A DNA stretch of 64,000 nt from contig OZ024743.1 in the NCBI GenBank assembly GCA_964016885.1, positions 165,602,001-165,666,000 of the forward strand. Direction: 5' to 3'. Source of the DNA: Eledone cirrhosa (lineage: Eukaryota). Below, piece after piece: positions 25,340 through 39,869 of the stretch. A model generated the notes under the pieces. It made no database searches. It was not told the DNA's origin and saw nothing but the letters and a program-made list of their open reading frames with translations. The position numbers were made by a program, and so were the translations under genes. Each line of letters begins with the position of its first letter. Within the stretch, counting starts at the first letter, position 1.

Positions 25340-25769
25340 GTGGTGGCGACGATATACCGGAAGTGAAACTTTGAAAAGAAGTCAATTTTAGATTATTTAC
25401 TTTTACGAAATATTTGTTTACGAAATTTAGTACATAAATTATGTAATATTCATTCATTATTTATCAATTATTTGAGTGGGCGGTGGATTGGCAGTATCGG
25501 TAGAGGGTCGGACGCCATGCTTTCCAGCATAGTTACGTCCCTTTACGATCTGAGTTCAAATCCCGCCGAGGTTGACTTTGCCTTTCATCCTTACGGGGTC
25601 GATAAAATAAAGTACCAGTAATGCACTGGGTAATTGCTGGCCTTGTGCCTAAAGTAGAAACAATTATTTATCAATTATTTATTCAAAGTAATCCAACTTA
25701 TTTTACTAACTGGATTAAAGGAAATAAACCGTACGCAGTCCCACAGCCCTTGCTCTATTATAGTTTAGA
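25340..25769 (-). mobile_element. Helitron-like 5' portion (inverted relative of 24323), interrupted by a SINE
   Basis: Reverse complement of 24323-24450 and later blocks. Confidence 0.7.
25479..25662 (+). mobile_element. tRNA-derived SINE with 18-bp TSD
   Basis: TSD ATTATTTATCAATTATTT at 25456-25473 and 25663-25680. Confidence 0.94.
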
Positions 25770-26083
25770 TTTCTACGGTTCTCCATGCAATTGTGAAGTC
25801 CTACACTCAGTTTTTCGTTTGATACAGATCAGCATACTTGAGAGGTTGCCTCTCTGCTGATTTACGACCTCGACTCTGTGGGGGATGCGTAAATTTTGTT
25901 TTCACCAATTGACACGTTGATAGCACTTTACTTCAGCAAACATGACGGCTGGGAGACCCTTTCAGCAACTCATATGTCTGCTGGGCACACGAGCAAAAAA
26001 ACATGTGTTTTACTCCCGGTGACATATCAATAAATCGATTTTCATCTGAGAATACCGTTCTCATAAGAACAACAAATGCATGA

Positions 26084-27000
26084 AGGACTTCTCGATTGCA
26101 TGGAGAACCGTAGAAATGTAACACTAGACCTAAAGAATAATCAATACAAACCCTTTAGAAAACCAAAAGATAAACTTTCCTACGTGAACTCAAGATCTTG
26201 CCCCTCTCTCATAGTGTTTAATATTAGCAGACGAATCTCCAGTCTAGCAAAGACAATTTTGACAAAGCATTCCCCATTATAAGGCAGCCCCAGGGGCAAG
26301 CGGGTTCAAGGGGGGAATTAAATATAACTCTATGCCAGCAAAAAAGAAAAATAAAGAAACAGCCCAAAGAACAATCTGGGCCACGCATCCCTTCTCACTG
26401 AACGTCTCGACAAAATCGGCAGAACATTCCTAGCCCTAGTAGATAAACACTTTCAACCTAGCAACCTTTACAGGAAGCTATTTAACAGGCACAACCTTAA
26501 AGTTAGTTTTAGCTCAATGCCCAACTTCCAATCAATTATTACCAACAAGCCACCACTACCCAATCTAGCCGGATGCTCATGTAGGATAAAAAATGCATGC
26601 TCTCCAGAGGAGGAATGTAAGACAGAGGACAGTCTACGAGGTAACAGTAAATCGTCACACCCAGACCACATTACTAATCCCAAGCGGTAGATCTGTCTTA
26701 CTGAACGTCAGATTAAAGAACGCTACAACAACCATGCGGCCTCGATTCGTAAATAAGAGAAAAAGTACACCAACGAACTCACCAACCGTGTATGGAAACT
26801 GAAAGAGGGGTCTACAGATTACAACATCAGCTGGAGGATAGCAGAAAAATGTAAATTCTACACCAATGGTTCTAAGAAGTGCAGACTCTGCAACACCGAG
26901 AGATGGATCTAACTGGATCTAAACTCTTGCCTCAACCCGAGGAACGAGATATGTAAGCCACGCCGCATAGAAAATAATATTTTCCGTTTTGGGTCACCAA
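26084..27000 (+). mobile_element. Penelope-like (Naiad-type) RT C-terminus/GIY-YIG relic
   Basis: NVTLDLKNNQYKPFRKP, RKLFNRHNLKVSFSSMPN, KERYNNH, KCRLCNTE across frameshifts. Confidence 0.75.
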
Positions 27001-27663
27001 ATATCCAGACACTCACCAGTCACCATAACATGATCCAAGAACATCAGGCAAGTATCATAACTCTGTCGGAAACAGTATAATGAATAATGAAATACTCCAG
27101 ATTAAAAAGGCTGTTGGAATATTTTGCTTCTGCTGCACTGAACAACAGACATATGTGTGCGTACGTGGGTGGAGGGTGAGTATGTGTGTGGATGTGTGTG
27201 TGAGAGTGTGCATATATGGGTTTGGACACATACGCACTAACATACACACGTATATATGTTTGTAAGGAATAGTGCACGTATGTGTGCGGATATATGCATC
27301 TATATGCACGTACGTATTTGTGTATGTAAATTCATACATGTAAATACATATGTGCGTGCTTGTGTACGAATGCCGGGAGTGTGTGTGTGTATAGGCATGT
27401 CTTTACTTGCCTGCTGGGGGAGGACATTCTTTCAGAGGGGACTTTACTGATGTATCACCGGCGGTTACTTTCGGAATGCTGAAGAATTAAGTAAATACAG
27501 CTTCAAGAAGGTCTGAGTACCTTAGAAGTTATACGCCATTTTTCCATGCATTTTATACAATTTAGTATATTTACCTCTATGATTATATATTGAGGGCTCT
27601 TTCTTTGATGATTATAACCTTAGATTCAGGCAATATATATGTGTATATATGTATGTATGCATG

Positions 27664-27753
<90 letters not shown>

Positions 27754-27755
<2 letters not shown>

Positions 27756-27887
27756 GTTAACCTTGGTCTTCCTCTTCTAAGGACAGACACTGGTCTGTTG
27801 GAGACGCAAGACATGGCAGCGAGAACGAGGGACAGAGACTGCTGGAGAGAACTCGTCCATGGATCTCGGGAATTTTACCCGCCTTAG
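27754..27887 (+). mobile_element. Short RTE-type 3' end with 5' inversion, embedded in (TA)n
   Basis: [36 protein letters not shown]; 27754-27779 is an inverted upstream piece; same family as 61393. Confidence 0.8.
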
Positions 27888-28386
27888 ATATATATATATA
27901 TATCAAATTAACTCGAAAATAAAGTTTTGAGACACGAGTGTATTAGGATTCTTAGGAAAATGGGAAAACTCGGTGTATGGAAGCTGTTAGAACAGCAAAA
28001 TACCGTCGAAGCGGTGTTGGGTAAAATATTACCTCGAAGGACAGAGATCAGCGGTTAGATATGAGTTGACTCGAGGGAAGGAAGAGAAGATAGGAAGGAG
28101 GAAAAAGAATAGATGAAAGCGAACAGGTCACAAACATTAAAATAAGTTCTTCAGATATCAACGTACAGCAGTTTCGACGAATTAATAAGATTACTGCGGG
28201 GTATATGAGGCTCGTAACGGAGAAACAAATATCTTTGTTCATATATTGTTTGTGTTAGAACAGGTTAGAGAGAATATATATATATATAGATATATATATG
28301 TGTGTGTGTATGTATGTATGTATGTATGTATGTATGTATGTATGTATGTATGTATGTATGTATGTATGTATGTATGTATGTGTGTA

Positions 28387-28431
<45 letters not shown>

Positions 28432-29399
28432 GTATGTATATATATATATATATAGCATGCATACATACACACACAGAGACAACCTCTTGCACAGTTGTAT
28501 AGATAATCATGTGTCTGAGAGTGAGTGAATGTGCCTGTTTTCGAAATTAGCACAGCAATACATTAATTATTCAATTGTTTCTGCTCCCATTAAAAGACTA
28601 TTACCATATTACCAAAAAGGTTTCCTTTTAGCCACTCTGATAAAGAAATTATTACTCAGGATAATTACTTCCAGAATTTCTGAATTAACGACAGTAATGT
28701 GAAGTTCATTTGATCATTTTCCTATCCAAACCTTTATTGGAATAACATTTTTAACAGTCAATACTCATTATGCGTGTGTAATTCTTCTTACCGACTTCAT
28801 TTCTGTTTCGTTTTGGTTTTGTGTTTTTTATTATTATTTTCATAACACACTGTATGTTTAATGTGTATATAATCTTATGTGGATGCAGCACAACCGATTC
28901 GCTTCGCAATCAATAATTCCTGGGTTCGATCACGCTTCGCAGCCGAACAGCGTTGTGTGGCTCAATTCGGTGGTGCCCTCCTCATAAACCACTACCCTTC
29001 TTGATGTCGAGTGAATACGTATCGCAGTGACCCGACGCCTCGGCTTCAAGTGTGTGAGTCACGCAAATGTCGTTGACAGCCACACAACGGCATTTGCGAA
29101 GCCCATACAGCGTTGGTACATCGTTGTTCCAGGTCTGGAAATTGTTGGCAGTCCGTTTATTAGGCTGCGTTATGCTAGTCCACGTCATCATATGTGTGTT
29201 GAGGTTTTTCCCTTTCCTCGTGCTCTTGTGTTGTTACCTCTCTTGTGTTAGTGATGTTAGGTTGTATTGCCTGGATGTAGTTTAGTAGGCTCTCAACTGA
29301 CATTCTGCAAGGCTTGGCTGTTGCAAACATACAATCTCTCCATTTCGTGAGCGCTGCATGAGCGTACACAAGCCATTTGCAGATTTCCCCCCAGTTGCT

Positions 29400-30470
<1,071 letters not shown>

Positions 30471-30669
30471 AACCTCTTTATGGTATGATAAGACTTAAGG
30501 AACAATTAGACGACAATTAGACGACAATTCAGTAACCCTGACTATGTACTCCCGCTGCGTACATGACATAAATATCGTAGTAAAAACATTCCCACAGCAG
30601 AACAATCAGGAATTAGAGAAGAACACCATGGTAACTGATGTGGTGGTGGTGGTGGTGTTGGTGGTAGTG

Positions 30670-30897
30670 TTGGCGATATACCGGAAGTTGAAATTTGAAA
30701 CTTTTAAAAGAACTGAATCTTGAAAAAAGCAATACATTAAATTATTTATGTTTAATCATGTGTTACAAAATTGAATAGATAAATTATATATTTTTTTTTA
30801 TTATTTATTCAAAGTAATCCAACTTATTTTACTAACGTGATAAAAAAAAATATAAAATGGACACTGTCCCGCACTCCTCCCTTTATTATATTATAGA
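30670..30897 (-). mobile_element. Third Helitron-like 5' portion
   Basis: Shares TTATTTATTCAAAGTAATCCAACTTATTTTACTAAC with 25678-25710; minus start A|TCTATAATATAATAAAG. Confidence 0.65.
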
Positions 30898-31914
30898 TGA
30901 TATTATAATCAAAAATAGAATTATAAGCTTTTTCCGTAATTTGACTAGAGAAATAGGTCTAGTAACAGTGCACATAAGCCCCAATAACGGGAAAAATTGA
31001 AGTTAGAACTCATAAGAATCGAACACAAAGTTCTTTTGCTTCGAACAAATGTGCTCGATGATTACACCAACCTACCTATCCGACTTTTCGGTGTTAAATT
31101 TAGAAGCTATTAGTTAATAGCGGTATGTGTAAATCAGCACGTGTGTTTTAGGATACGGTGGCGATTGAATATTTTTGAAAATAGAATTATAAGCCTTTAC
31201 AGTATTTTGACTACAGAAATTAGTCTAATATTATATTATACCATATTATATTATACTCGCCCTTTCAGTTATTAAATTTTTATACTCTGTTCATCTTCGG
31301 TTTCTGTAATGTTAAGCGGAAGAAAGATCTCTTTTCTCCTGGAATTGATTCTAGTCTATTGTAACTCAATTTCCCAAATGTCTCTGAGGAACCTAATTAT
31401 CGAATTTCATTAACCGAGGGTATGAAATAGTTTCTGTAGTAGGTTCTAGAAATAACAGCTGTATCTCTCTCAGATCACAAAAGTGAAGGACACGTTGAAT
31501 AATGTAGTCCTGGAGACATTGTTCTTGAAAACAATGCAGAATAGTCATGGAAGAGTCAATAGGAACGTCTTCGGTTATAGACCTGATCAGTCAGGCTAAA
31601 AATCCTGGTGTAGGCAGCTTGGGAGTAAACAGCAAAAACAATAAGAAACATCGGAATTTAATACCTCAGCACAGCAACATTACTGAAGGAAGGAATGTTT
31701 TCGACGACGAGTGTTCCAGTTGTTCGATCAACGAAACAGCCTGCTCGTGAAAATAATGTGTAAGTGGCTGAATATTGCACAGATACGTGACATTGTATGA
31801 CGAGGCTGACTCTTTGATTCCATGTACAGTCTATGTGTCGGACTTCCAAACAGCTTTCTTTTACCAAATTTTACTTAGTAAATGACACAAGCCCATATTA
31901 TCAGACGGTGGGGT

Positions 31915-32347
31915 TGTGGTAAAATGAAGTATCCTAGTTGGATTGTTTATTGACATAGACGTGAGGGAAGGTCCCTCGTCTATTTACCATTTTTGTTTGT
32001 GAGAATTATAACAAAGTGAGTGGGTGTGTGCGTAATCAAGACAATAACCACAACGAGAGTTATATTCAACAAATGTAAATAATGGTGATGTTTATTTGTA
32101 TTACAAATAGAACGTACCAAATATAGACGCGGTCAGTTGTGGTGAATTACAATTACAAAAGTATTGTGGGGTTTGTTGTTTGCTGTTCCCTTGGCTGTTT
32201 TCTGTGGCGTGGTACAGAGGCTGTTTTCTGGCGTGTGTTCAGTCTGTTTTTCAGTGGCTGTCTGTTTACCTCTCCTGTTTTCAACCAGGGGGAGATAAGT
32301 ATGGGTTCTTCTATTATCCGACAGGGGGCGTGGGGCGTCTTACTACA
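31915..32347 (-). repeat. 3' LTR
   Basis: Minus TGTAGT...ACCACA preceded by purine tract GGCAGGGG; 31915-32323 matches 37167-37575. Confidence 0.88.
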
Positions 32348-32564
32348 GTACCCCTGCCAGATTTTCAAATCATCGAAAATCGATGTTATTACTCACACGT
32401 GGAGTAAGATGGCGAACAATGCAACAAGGGGGGGGGGGGCTATTCGCTCTACCAATCATTAAATCCAAAATAAGGATTTGAAAAATGTTTAAAAAAAACA
32501 ACATGCATGCATGAAAAACAAGGCAAAGAAAAAGCAGAAACACAGAGGCAAAAAAAAGGTGCAG

Positions 32565-35500
32565 CTAACATAGTCTAAATATAGACGGTGCTGCACATTT
32601 TTTGGGCCAGTGGACCCTACGACCTGAACGGGTCGTGGTCTTGTAACGTGGCGATGGTGGTGGTGTAGGGACAGGCGATGATGGTGGTTCAGGAACAGGT
32701 GTTCGCTCAACAGGCAAATACGAAAGGGTTCGTGGATCAGGAACCACAGCGTCCGTGTCAAGGTGTGCCTGCTTAAGCCTGTCTATTGTAACTGTCTCCC
32801 TGGACCCCTTAATATCTAACGTGAAATGCTTAGCCGAGCGCGCTAAGACACGGTAAGGTCCAGTGTAAGGCTGTGTGAGCGGGGGCTTCACAGAATCTTT
32901 CCTTACGAAGAAATGCGTCCACAAGGCAATATCCCTCGGGACAGCAGTCTTGACAGTTTGTTTCCTAGTGTCCATTGGCGGCAAATCCTGGAAATAGGAG
33001 CGCAAACGGGACACGTAGGAAGCGTGATCTTGGGCATCAAGATCGATAGGGGCAAGCATTTGCCCGGGCAACGTCAGAGGCGCACCGTACAGTACTTCGG
33101 CCGGTGAAAATCCAAAGTCGACCTTCACCGTTGACCGAATCCCTAGTAGCACAATAAGGAGGTACTCGCTCCAATGCGCCGAATCCATTGAGGCCATTAA
33201 GGAGGCCTTCAGTTGTCGGTGAAAACGCTCCACCATACCATTCGAAGCGGGATGGTACGCCGTAGTTCTAATGCGTTTAGCACCAATTAATTTTGACAGT
33301 TCGAGGAAAATCCTCGACTCGAACTGTCGTCCACGGTCGGTAGTTATTGTAGATGGAACTCCATAACGAGAGATCCATCCAGACACAAGAGCACGCGCTG
33401 TTGTCTCAGCGGTGATGTTTTTCAAGGGGATGGCTTCAGGCCATCTCGAAAAACGGTCAATTATGGTCAGCAAATAAGAATACCCATCGCTGACAGGCCA
33501 AGGTCCCACTATATCAATATGAATGTGCGAAAAACGCGCATCTGGGTTAGTAAAGGTACCCAGGGAGCCTTGACGTATCGATGGACCTTTTATTTCTGGC
33601 AAGCGACGCAGGAACGGCACCAAGCAGCAATTTCACGCCTCATATTTGGCCAGAAAAATCTAGCTGATATGAGCTTTGCTGTGGCAGAAGATCCTGGATG
33701 CGAGAAACCATGTAATGCCAGAAACACGGTCCGACGATGATTCTCTGGAACGAAGGGCCTAGGCACGTCCAAAGAGACGTCGCAGAGAATTTGGCCAACT
33801 GCAGTCGACAGAGGCAAATATTTCATCTCGCAACTCGCAAACTCGGGCGATGTAACATCCAATGACTCAAGGGGAGGCTGATCCGCAGCCAAACGAGTCA
33901 GATCTATGTCAGAGGGTGACGAGATCGCTGTCACGGGTAAGCGGGACAAAGCACCGGCCGCTGTATTCAGTGAACCCGGAATGTGTTGGATATCACTCGT
34001 ATATTGCGAGATGAAATCAAGGTGTCTCGTCTCTCTGGGCGAGTATTTATCAGCCTTCGCTCTCAACGCAAAAGTCAATGGTTTATGGTCGGTGAGGATA
34101 GTAAATAGTCTACCCTCTAGCATATGTGAAAAATGTTTCATGGCCAAATAGATGGCCAAAAGCTCTCTTCCAAAGGTGCTGTAGCGCGTCTCAGCAGGTT
34201 TCAGCTTTCTGGAAAAAAACTCCAGCGGTTGTTGGTAACCATTGATGTTTTGCTGTGGCACTACGCCCACAGCGATATCCGATGCATCAACACAAAGCGT
34301 TAGCTTTGCACCGGGTACCGGGTGAGTCAGTAACGAAGCATTAGCCAAAGCAGTTTTGGCGTGCTGAAAATCAGCAAGTTGAGTGTCTGTCAAAGAAATT
34401 TCTTTGTTCTTCTTCCGACAATTTTTTAAAATCTCCGTCAGGGAGAAAAGCAATCTTGCACAATTTGGCACGAAACGCCTATAAAAGTTAATCAGGCCTA
34501 AGAACTGGCGTAACTGACGTAGTGAGGTCGGTGGAGGCAAATCCTCTATGACCTTAACTCGCTCAGGCCGGGGTCGAATACCGTCAGCATCGATGACGTG
34601 ACCCAAGAAAGTCAGTGACTCAGCACCAAAAACACATTTGAGTGCATTAATCTGCACGTTATACGCCTTCAATCGGCGGAAAAGAAGATTCAAATGGTGC
34701 GTATGTTGCTCTTGAGAAGAACTAGCAATGAGCAGGTCGTCAATATAGGTATAGACGAAATCGAGGCCGCGAGTAACCTCATCCATAAACCGCTGAAACG
34801 TACTAGCGGCATTCCTTAATCCGAGCGGCATGGTCAAAAACTCAAATGACCCAAATGGTTTAACTATAGCCGTTTTTGGAATGTCATTTTTATGGACAGG
34901 AATTTGATGGTACGCACGAATTAAATCCAGTTTGGAGAATATCTTGCATCCCTGCAACGAAGACGCAAAGTCTTGCAGATGAGGGATAGGATAACGGTCC
35001 GGTTCCGTTATCGAATTTAAGGGTCGATAATCTCCAGTAGGTCTCCAATCGCCAGTCGCTTTCGGTACCATGTGTAATGGGGACGCCCATGGGCTCGTGG
35101 ACGGACGAATAATCCTCAACTGCAGCATATGATCAAACTCTGATCGTGCTGCTTTGAGTTTGTCCGGAGGCAAGCGACGAGGACGAGAAAAAACGGGAGC
35201 ACCAGTTGTAGTTATGAAGTGCTCCGTGGTATGAGTTGGCTCATCAATTCGGAAATTTCCCTGAGTCAGTTGCGGGAACGAGTTCAACAACGCATGGTAA
35301 GTATCACCGGTGTTAGCAAGAAAAAAGGTCGGGCTCACCGTTGGAACTCCTGCTGCCTTGCCAACAACAGTTAATCCAGTGATGCCATCAATTAAGCGTT
35401 TACGACGGAGGTCCACCGTCAATGAAAAATGGTGGAGAAAATCCGCGCCTAGAATCGGATACGGCAAGGCAGCGACAGTAAATATCCATTTAAATTCACG

Positions 35501-35700
35501 CCGCAGATTACGGAACTGCAAAGGTAGCAAGATTTGTCCGAAGGTTCGAATCGGCGAACAATTTACTGCCTGCAACTCAATAGGTGTCTCAGGGAGAGTT
35601 TCCTTCATACAACACACAGGCTATACTGAACAAACTGCACCTGTGTCCACCAGAAAGGCTCTACCTGATAGCAGGTCCTCAATGAAAAAGCGGCGGTTGG
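32565..35700 (-). pseudogene. Gypsy pol (protease, RT, RNase H, integrase)
   Basis: [60 protein letters not shown]; stop at 35621, frameshift near 33595. Confidence 0.93.
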
Positions 35701-35730
35701 ATGTGGTTTCGCAGAGCGCACTATCCGCCG

Positions 35731-36513
35731 TTAGTGACTCTGGTCGTCGTTTCCTCTGTAAGCACAAGGAGGCCTACAACGGGCGGCTTTGTCACCATAT
35801 TTGTCATGGTAATAACAATATGGTTGTTTTGGTGTTTTGGAAGGGCTACGGTGGCGAGGAGTTGAATAAGTTCGTGAGCGGCTCCTCTGCCGTCCAAAAG
35901 ACCTGAATTCCTGGCCCAACTCCGCCATTTGACGAGTCATGGCTTCCATTGGGGTGACTAATTTCTCATCACTCGCTGATGAGCGTGATTGAGGAAGAGA
36001 AGATGAAGCAACGTACTTTGGCTTCGAAGTGTCTCTCTTCGTCACTTCTACAATTTTGTCAGCAGAGACAGCAATGTGGTCGAGGGTATTTACCTCTAGC
36101 ATATGGGCTAGGAGCGCCTGTACCTCTTGAGGTAGGCGAGAGAAGAACAATTGCTTCAGGAAAGGACTATCCTGATCTTAGGAATCGCTCAATTCCCGTA
36201 AATGCCGGAGAAAAGCGGTAGGGGTGCTGTCACCTAATCGTTCGTCCTCGATCAATGACCGAAAACGACTCTCTACCGACCTACAGTTCCTTCTCAAAAT
36301 CTTGCCTTTCAAAGACTCATACGTTAAGTCAGAGGGGGGGGGGGGGTCTGTAATTAGGTCTTGAACCGAATCTGCTAGATTAGGGGGAAGTCCGCTAATC
36401 AAGACAGCGAGGCGCTGGTCAGACTCGGTCTTACAGACCGTAAAATACGCCTGTAACTGGGCAAACCACAGCTTAGGTTTTCCGGTAAAGGCGGGCAAAT
36501 GTGGCGCATTCAT
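35731..36513 (-). pseudogene. Gypsy gag with one in-frame stop
   Basis: PKLWFAQLQAYF, LGDSTPTAFLRHL, CYYHDKYGDKAARCRPPC; stop at 36178. Confidence 0.85.
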
Positions 36514-37166
36514 GGTAAAACGTTTAAAATTTAAAAAAAATATATATATATAAACAGCAATTAATGTACCCTCGCACAGGGAAAAGCAAACAGCCAAAAT
36601 GGAGAAAAAATGAAAGGTCAAATAGAAACAGACACTTAAAACATTAGGAAATAGGAAAAATACATAAAATACATATATATATATATTTTTTTAAATTTTT
36701 CTTCAACGTCTGTCCCTTGTGTTGCTTCAACAGGCCAGCCAAATCAAATAAACAACCCGTGAAAAAGAGAAAAAAAAATGTTTGTTTTAGAATATATCCA
36801 CGTTGGATATCAACAATAGGTAGCCTGTGGCTAAAAATCCCTTAGAAAAAGTAAGGCATGTATATCCCCTGCGGGGCAGTAACGTTCACAAAAAAGTTTT
36901 TTTCCCTTAATCAAATATGGAACACACACGCAATCCCAAAATGTCCCTGTCCTGGCGGAAAATTACAAAACGGGGAAGGAAAGCAACGCCATCTTGGAAA
37001 AAGTTTTTGGCTGGTTTGTATACCTTGTCAATACGGTATAAACACTTTATTATTTCTCTGTCTTTTTTTGTATTTTCGTAAGTTGCGAAAAGGTTGGCAA
37101 CGTGGCAATAACAGTGAAGTTCAACTGAATAAAAAGGCTGCGTAAAATTCTTACGTCGGTCACCAG

Positions 37167-37575
37167 TGTGGTAAAATGAAGTATCCTAGTTGGATTGTTT
37201 ATTGACATAGACGTGAGGGAAGGTCCCTCGTCTATTTACCATTTTTGTTTGTGAGAATTATAACAAAGTGAGTGGGTGTGTGCGTAATCAAGACAATAAC
37301 CACAACGAGAGTTATATTCAACAAATGTAAATAATGGTGATGTTTATTTGTATTACAAATGGAACGTACCAAATATAGACGCGGTCAGTTGTGGTGAATT
37401 ACAATTACAAAAGTATTGTGGGGTTTGATGTTTGCTGTTCCCTTGGCTGTTTTCTGTGGCGTGGTACAGAGGCTGTTTTCTGGCGTGTGTTCAGTCTGCT
37501 TTTCAGTGGCTGTCTGTTTACCTCTCCTGTTCTCAACCAGGGGGAGATAACTATGGGTTGTTCTATTATCCGACA
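37167..37575 (-). repeat. 5' LTR (missing its first 24 bp)
   Basis: About 6 substitutions versus 3' LTR over 409 bp; PBS adjacent at 37153-37165. Confidence 0.9.
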
Positions 37576-37635
37576 TAACGTGCTGCATCCACAATTTACT
37601 GAACAGTTATGCAGTTGTGAGGATAATCTACAAAG

Positions 37636-37820
37636 TTTATGCTTTGTAGGAAGCCAAAGATTTTATCTATATTTTGACATTTATGTTTTGTAGGAAGCCA
37701 AAGATTTTATCTATATTTTGACATTTATGTTTTGTAGGAAGCCGAATATTTCATTTATATTTTGACATTTATGCTTTGTAGGAAGCCAAATATTTTTATT
37801 TATATTTTGACATTTATGTT
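37636..37820. repeat. About 45-bp tandem repeat, 4 units
   Basis: TTTATG(C/T)TTTGTAGGAAGCCAAAGATTTTATCTATATTTTGACA. Confidence 0.85.
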
Positions 37821-37984
37821 TATTAACATCGAGGAAACAACAATTATTAAAACAATATGAAAACAACCAGCATTTATAATAATTAGGCGTTACGTACAAA
37901 TTGAATGCGTTGATGTATTAGTTCAGACTTTCTGTACTCCAAATTCAAATCCCTCTGAGATTAACTTCAGTGCTAGGGTTCATT

Positions 37985-38327
<343 letters not shown>

Positions 38328-39869
38328 TCTTTCTCCAGATTTTGCCCTCTGCACCAGTTTGTTATTGCTCACTAGTTGCCATTTGCTTCCCATCGTCGCA
38401 AGCTGATGTTTTGGAACTAGGAAGATGATATTCAGTTTTGGGGGGCTCACGACACTGACGACGAGGCGATTCTTTTTCCGTTATTGTAGCTGCGATCGGC
38501 GGTCCTCTGAAAACAGCTTTTTCTGAGATATGTTGTTGCCTATCGTTTCCTTGCTGTCTCTGTTTTTCCAGCTTTGTGGATAGAAAGTTTTTAGATGGTA
38601 CCTACTTCCACGCATATAGGAACTGAGCTAACCTAAACACTCACCATCAGCCTTTATGTCCTTATATTGGGGTATATCTTCGGAATATCTTTGTAGTTTT
38701 CGGGTATTATCGTAGTTTTCGGATGTTTATACACATCCCCACACAGCCATATGTTATTGTGTTTCACCACCAGACTCACCATCTTCCTGTAATTTGCCAA
38801 AAAGGGATCCACACCATTATCAATGACCCAGACTGTTACTTTATATTTCGTTTCTCCATCTATCTCAACAATAACACAGGTGAAATTGACACAACACACA
38901 TTTGTTGGTTGGTCGTCAGTGTGGGGCGTGCACCAATTCCACCTGTCACATTGAATCGTTCTTGGCTCACGCTTCCATGCGATCAGCCTCCGGTTGATGG
39001 AGCCCACATTTTAGCATTCATCAACCAGGTTTCTTCCAACTGTTCTCTGGAGGCGATATGGAAACCTCCTTTTCCTTATATAGAATATCTAATGTAGACG
39101 AAGAGAATAGATTGCCAATCATGGAATTTAATTAAATGACAATAAACACAAAGGAGGGCACTATAAAATCTGTCTGGTGGGTATTTTACCCGGAAAGACA
39201 ATCCGAAGATCCCCCAATATTAGATGGAAGAACCAGATCCGAAAATACCTCGACGTCAATCATGTACTGAACTCAATGCAATGACAATGAACAAAAATAA
39301 ACGGAGGAAATATATTCATGACATTTCGTTCTCTGCTGTAAGCGATGTGCTGTGTGCAGTAAAAAAATCGGCCGTTTCGGGCATTCGTACTCCTTCCGAA
39401 AAAAAGAATATAGAGTCTAATATAGTATCACGGTTCGCAAAAAGGTGAGTGAGAGAAGAAAGTGGTGAAAGAATATGATAGGCCGCTAGGTGTGAAGATA
39501 GAAAATAGAAGTGTGAGTAGTGTAGTGTGGGAGAGGGGTGGTGTGTGTAAGTGTCTGGGGTGTAAAAGATTGGAGCAATAGCCAAATCAGTTGAAATACA
39601 CGTCATACAATTGGCAGTATTTCAAACACTAACAATAAAACAATGAAACAATGCCCCTCACATTTGAGGAAGACAACGAAGAAAAATACACAAATAAAAC
39701 AATGAAAAATTAGATAATAATGCTAACTAGAGCCGGCACTCCCTATCGAGTATAATGTGGTGTTATGTAGCATGTTTTCTTTAAAGGTTTTTGATGCCCA
39801 TGCAGACGTGAGCAAACACAAACCTCCTTCCTTTTATCCAGCAGAACATTCAGTATGTGGCAGATGGAA

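Larger units (their letters stand above)
31915..37575 (-). mobile_element. Ty3/Gypsy LTR retrotransposon, CsRn1-like lineage
   Basis: LTR pair, PBS TGGTGACCGACGT (tRNA-Trp-like), gag CX2HX9CX3C motif, PR-RT-RH-IN order. Confidence 0.93.

Noticed and set aside
28878-28950. tRNA gene
   Set aside because: Only a B-box-like GGTTCGATC; no convincing cloverleaf, at best a SINE head relic
31383-31445. Hammerhead (CTGAGGA...GAAA)
   Set aside because: Stems I and III do not pair convincingly
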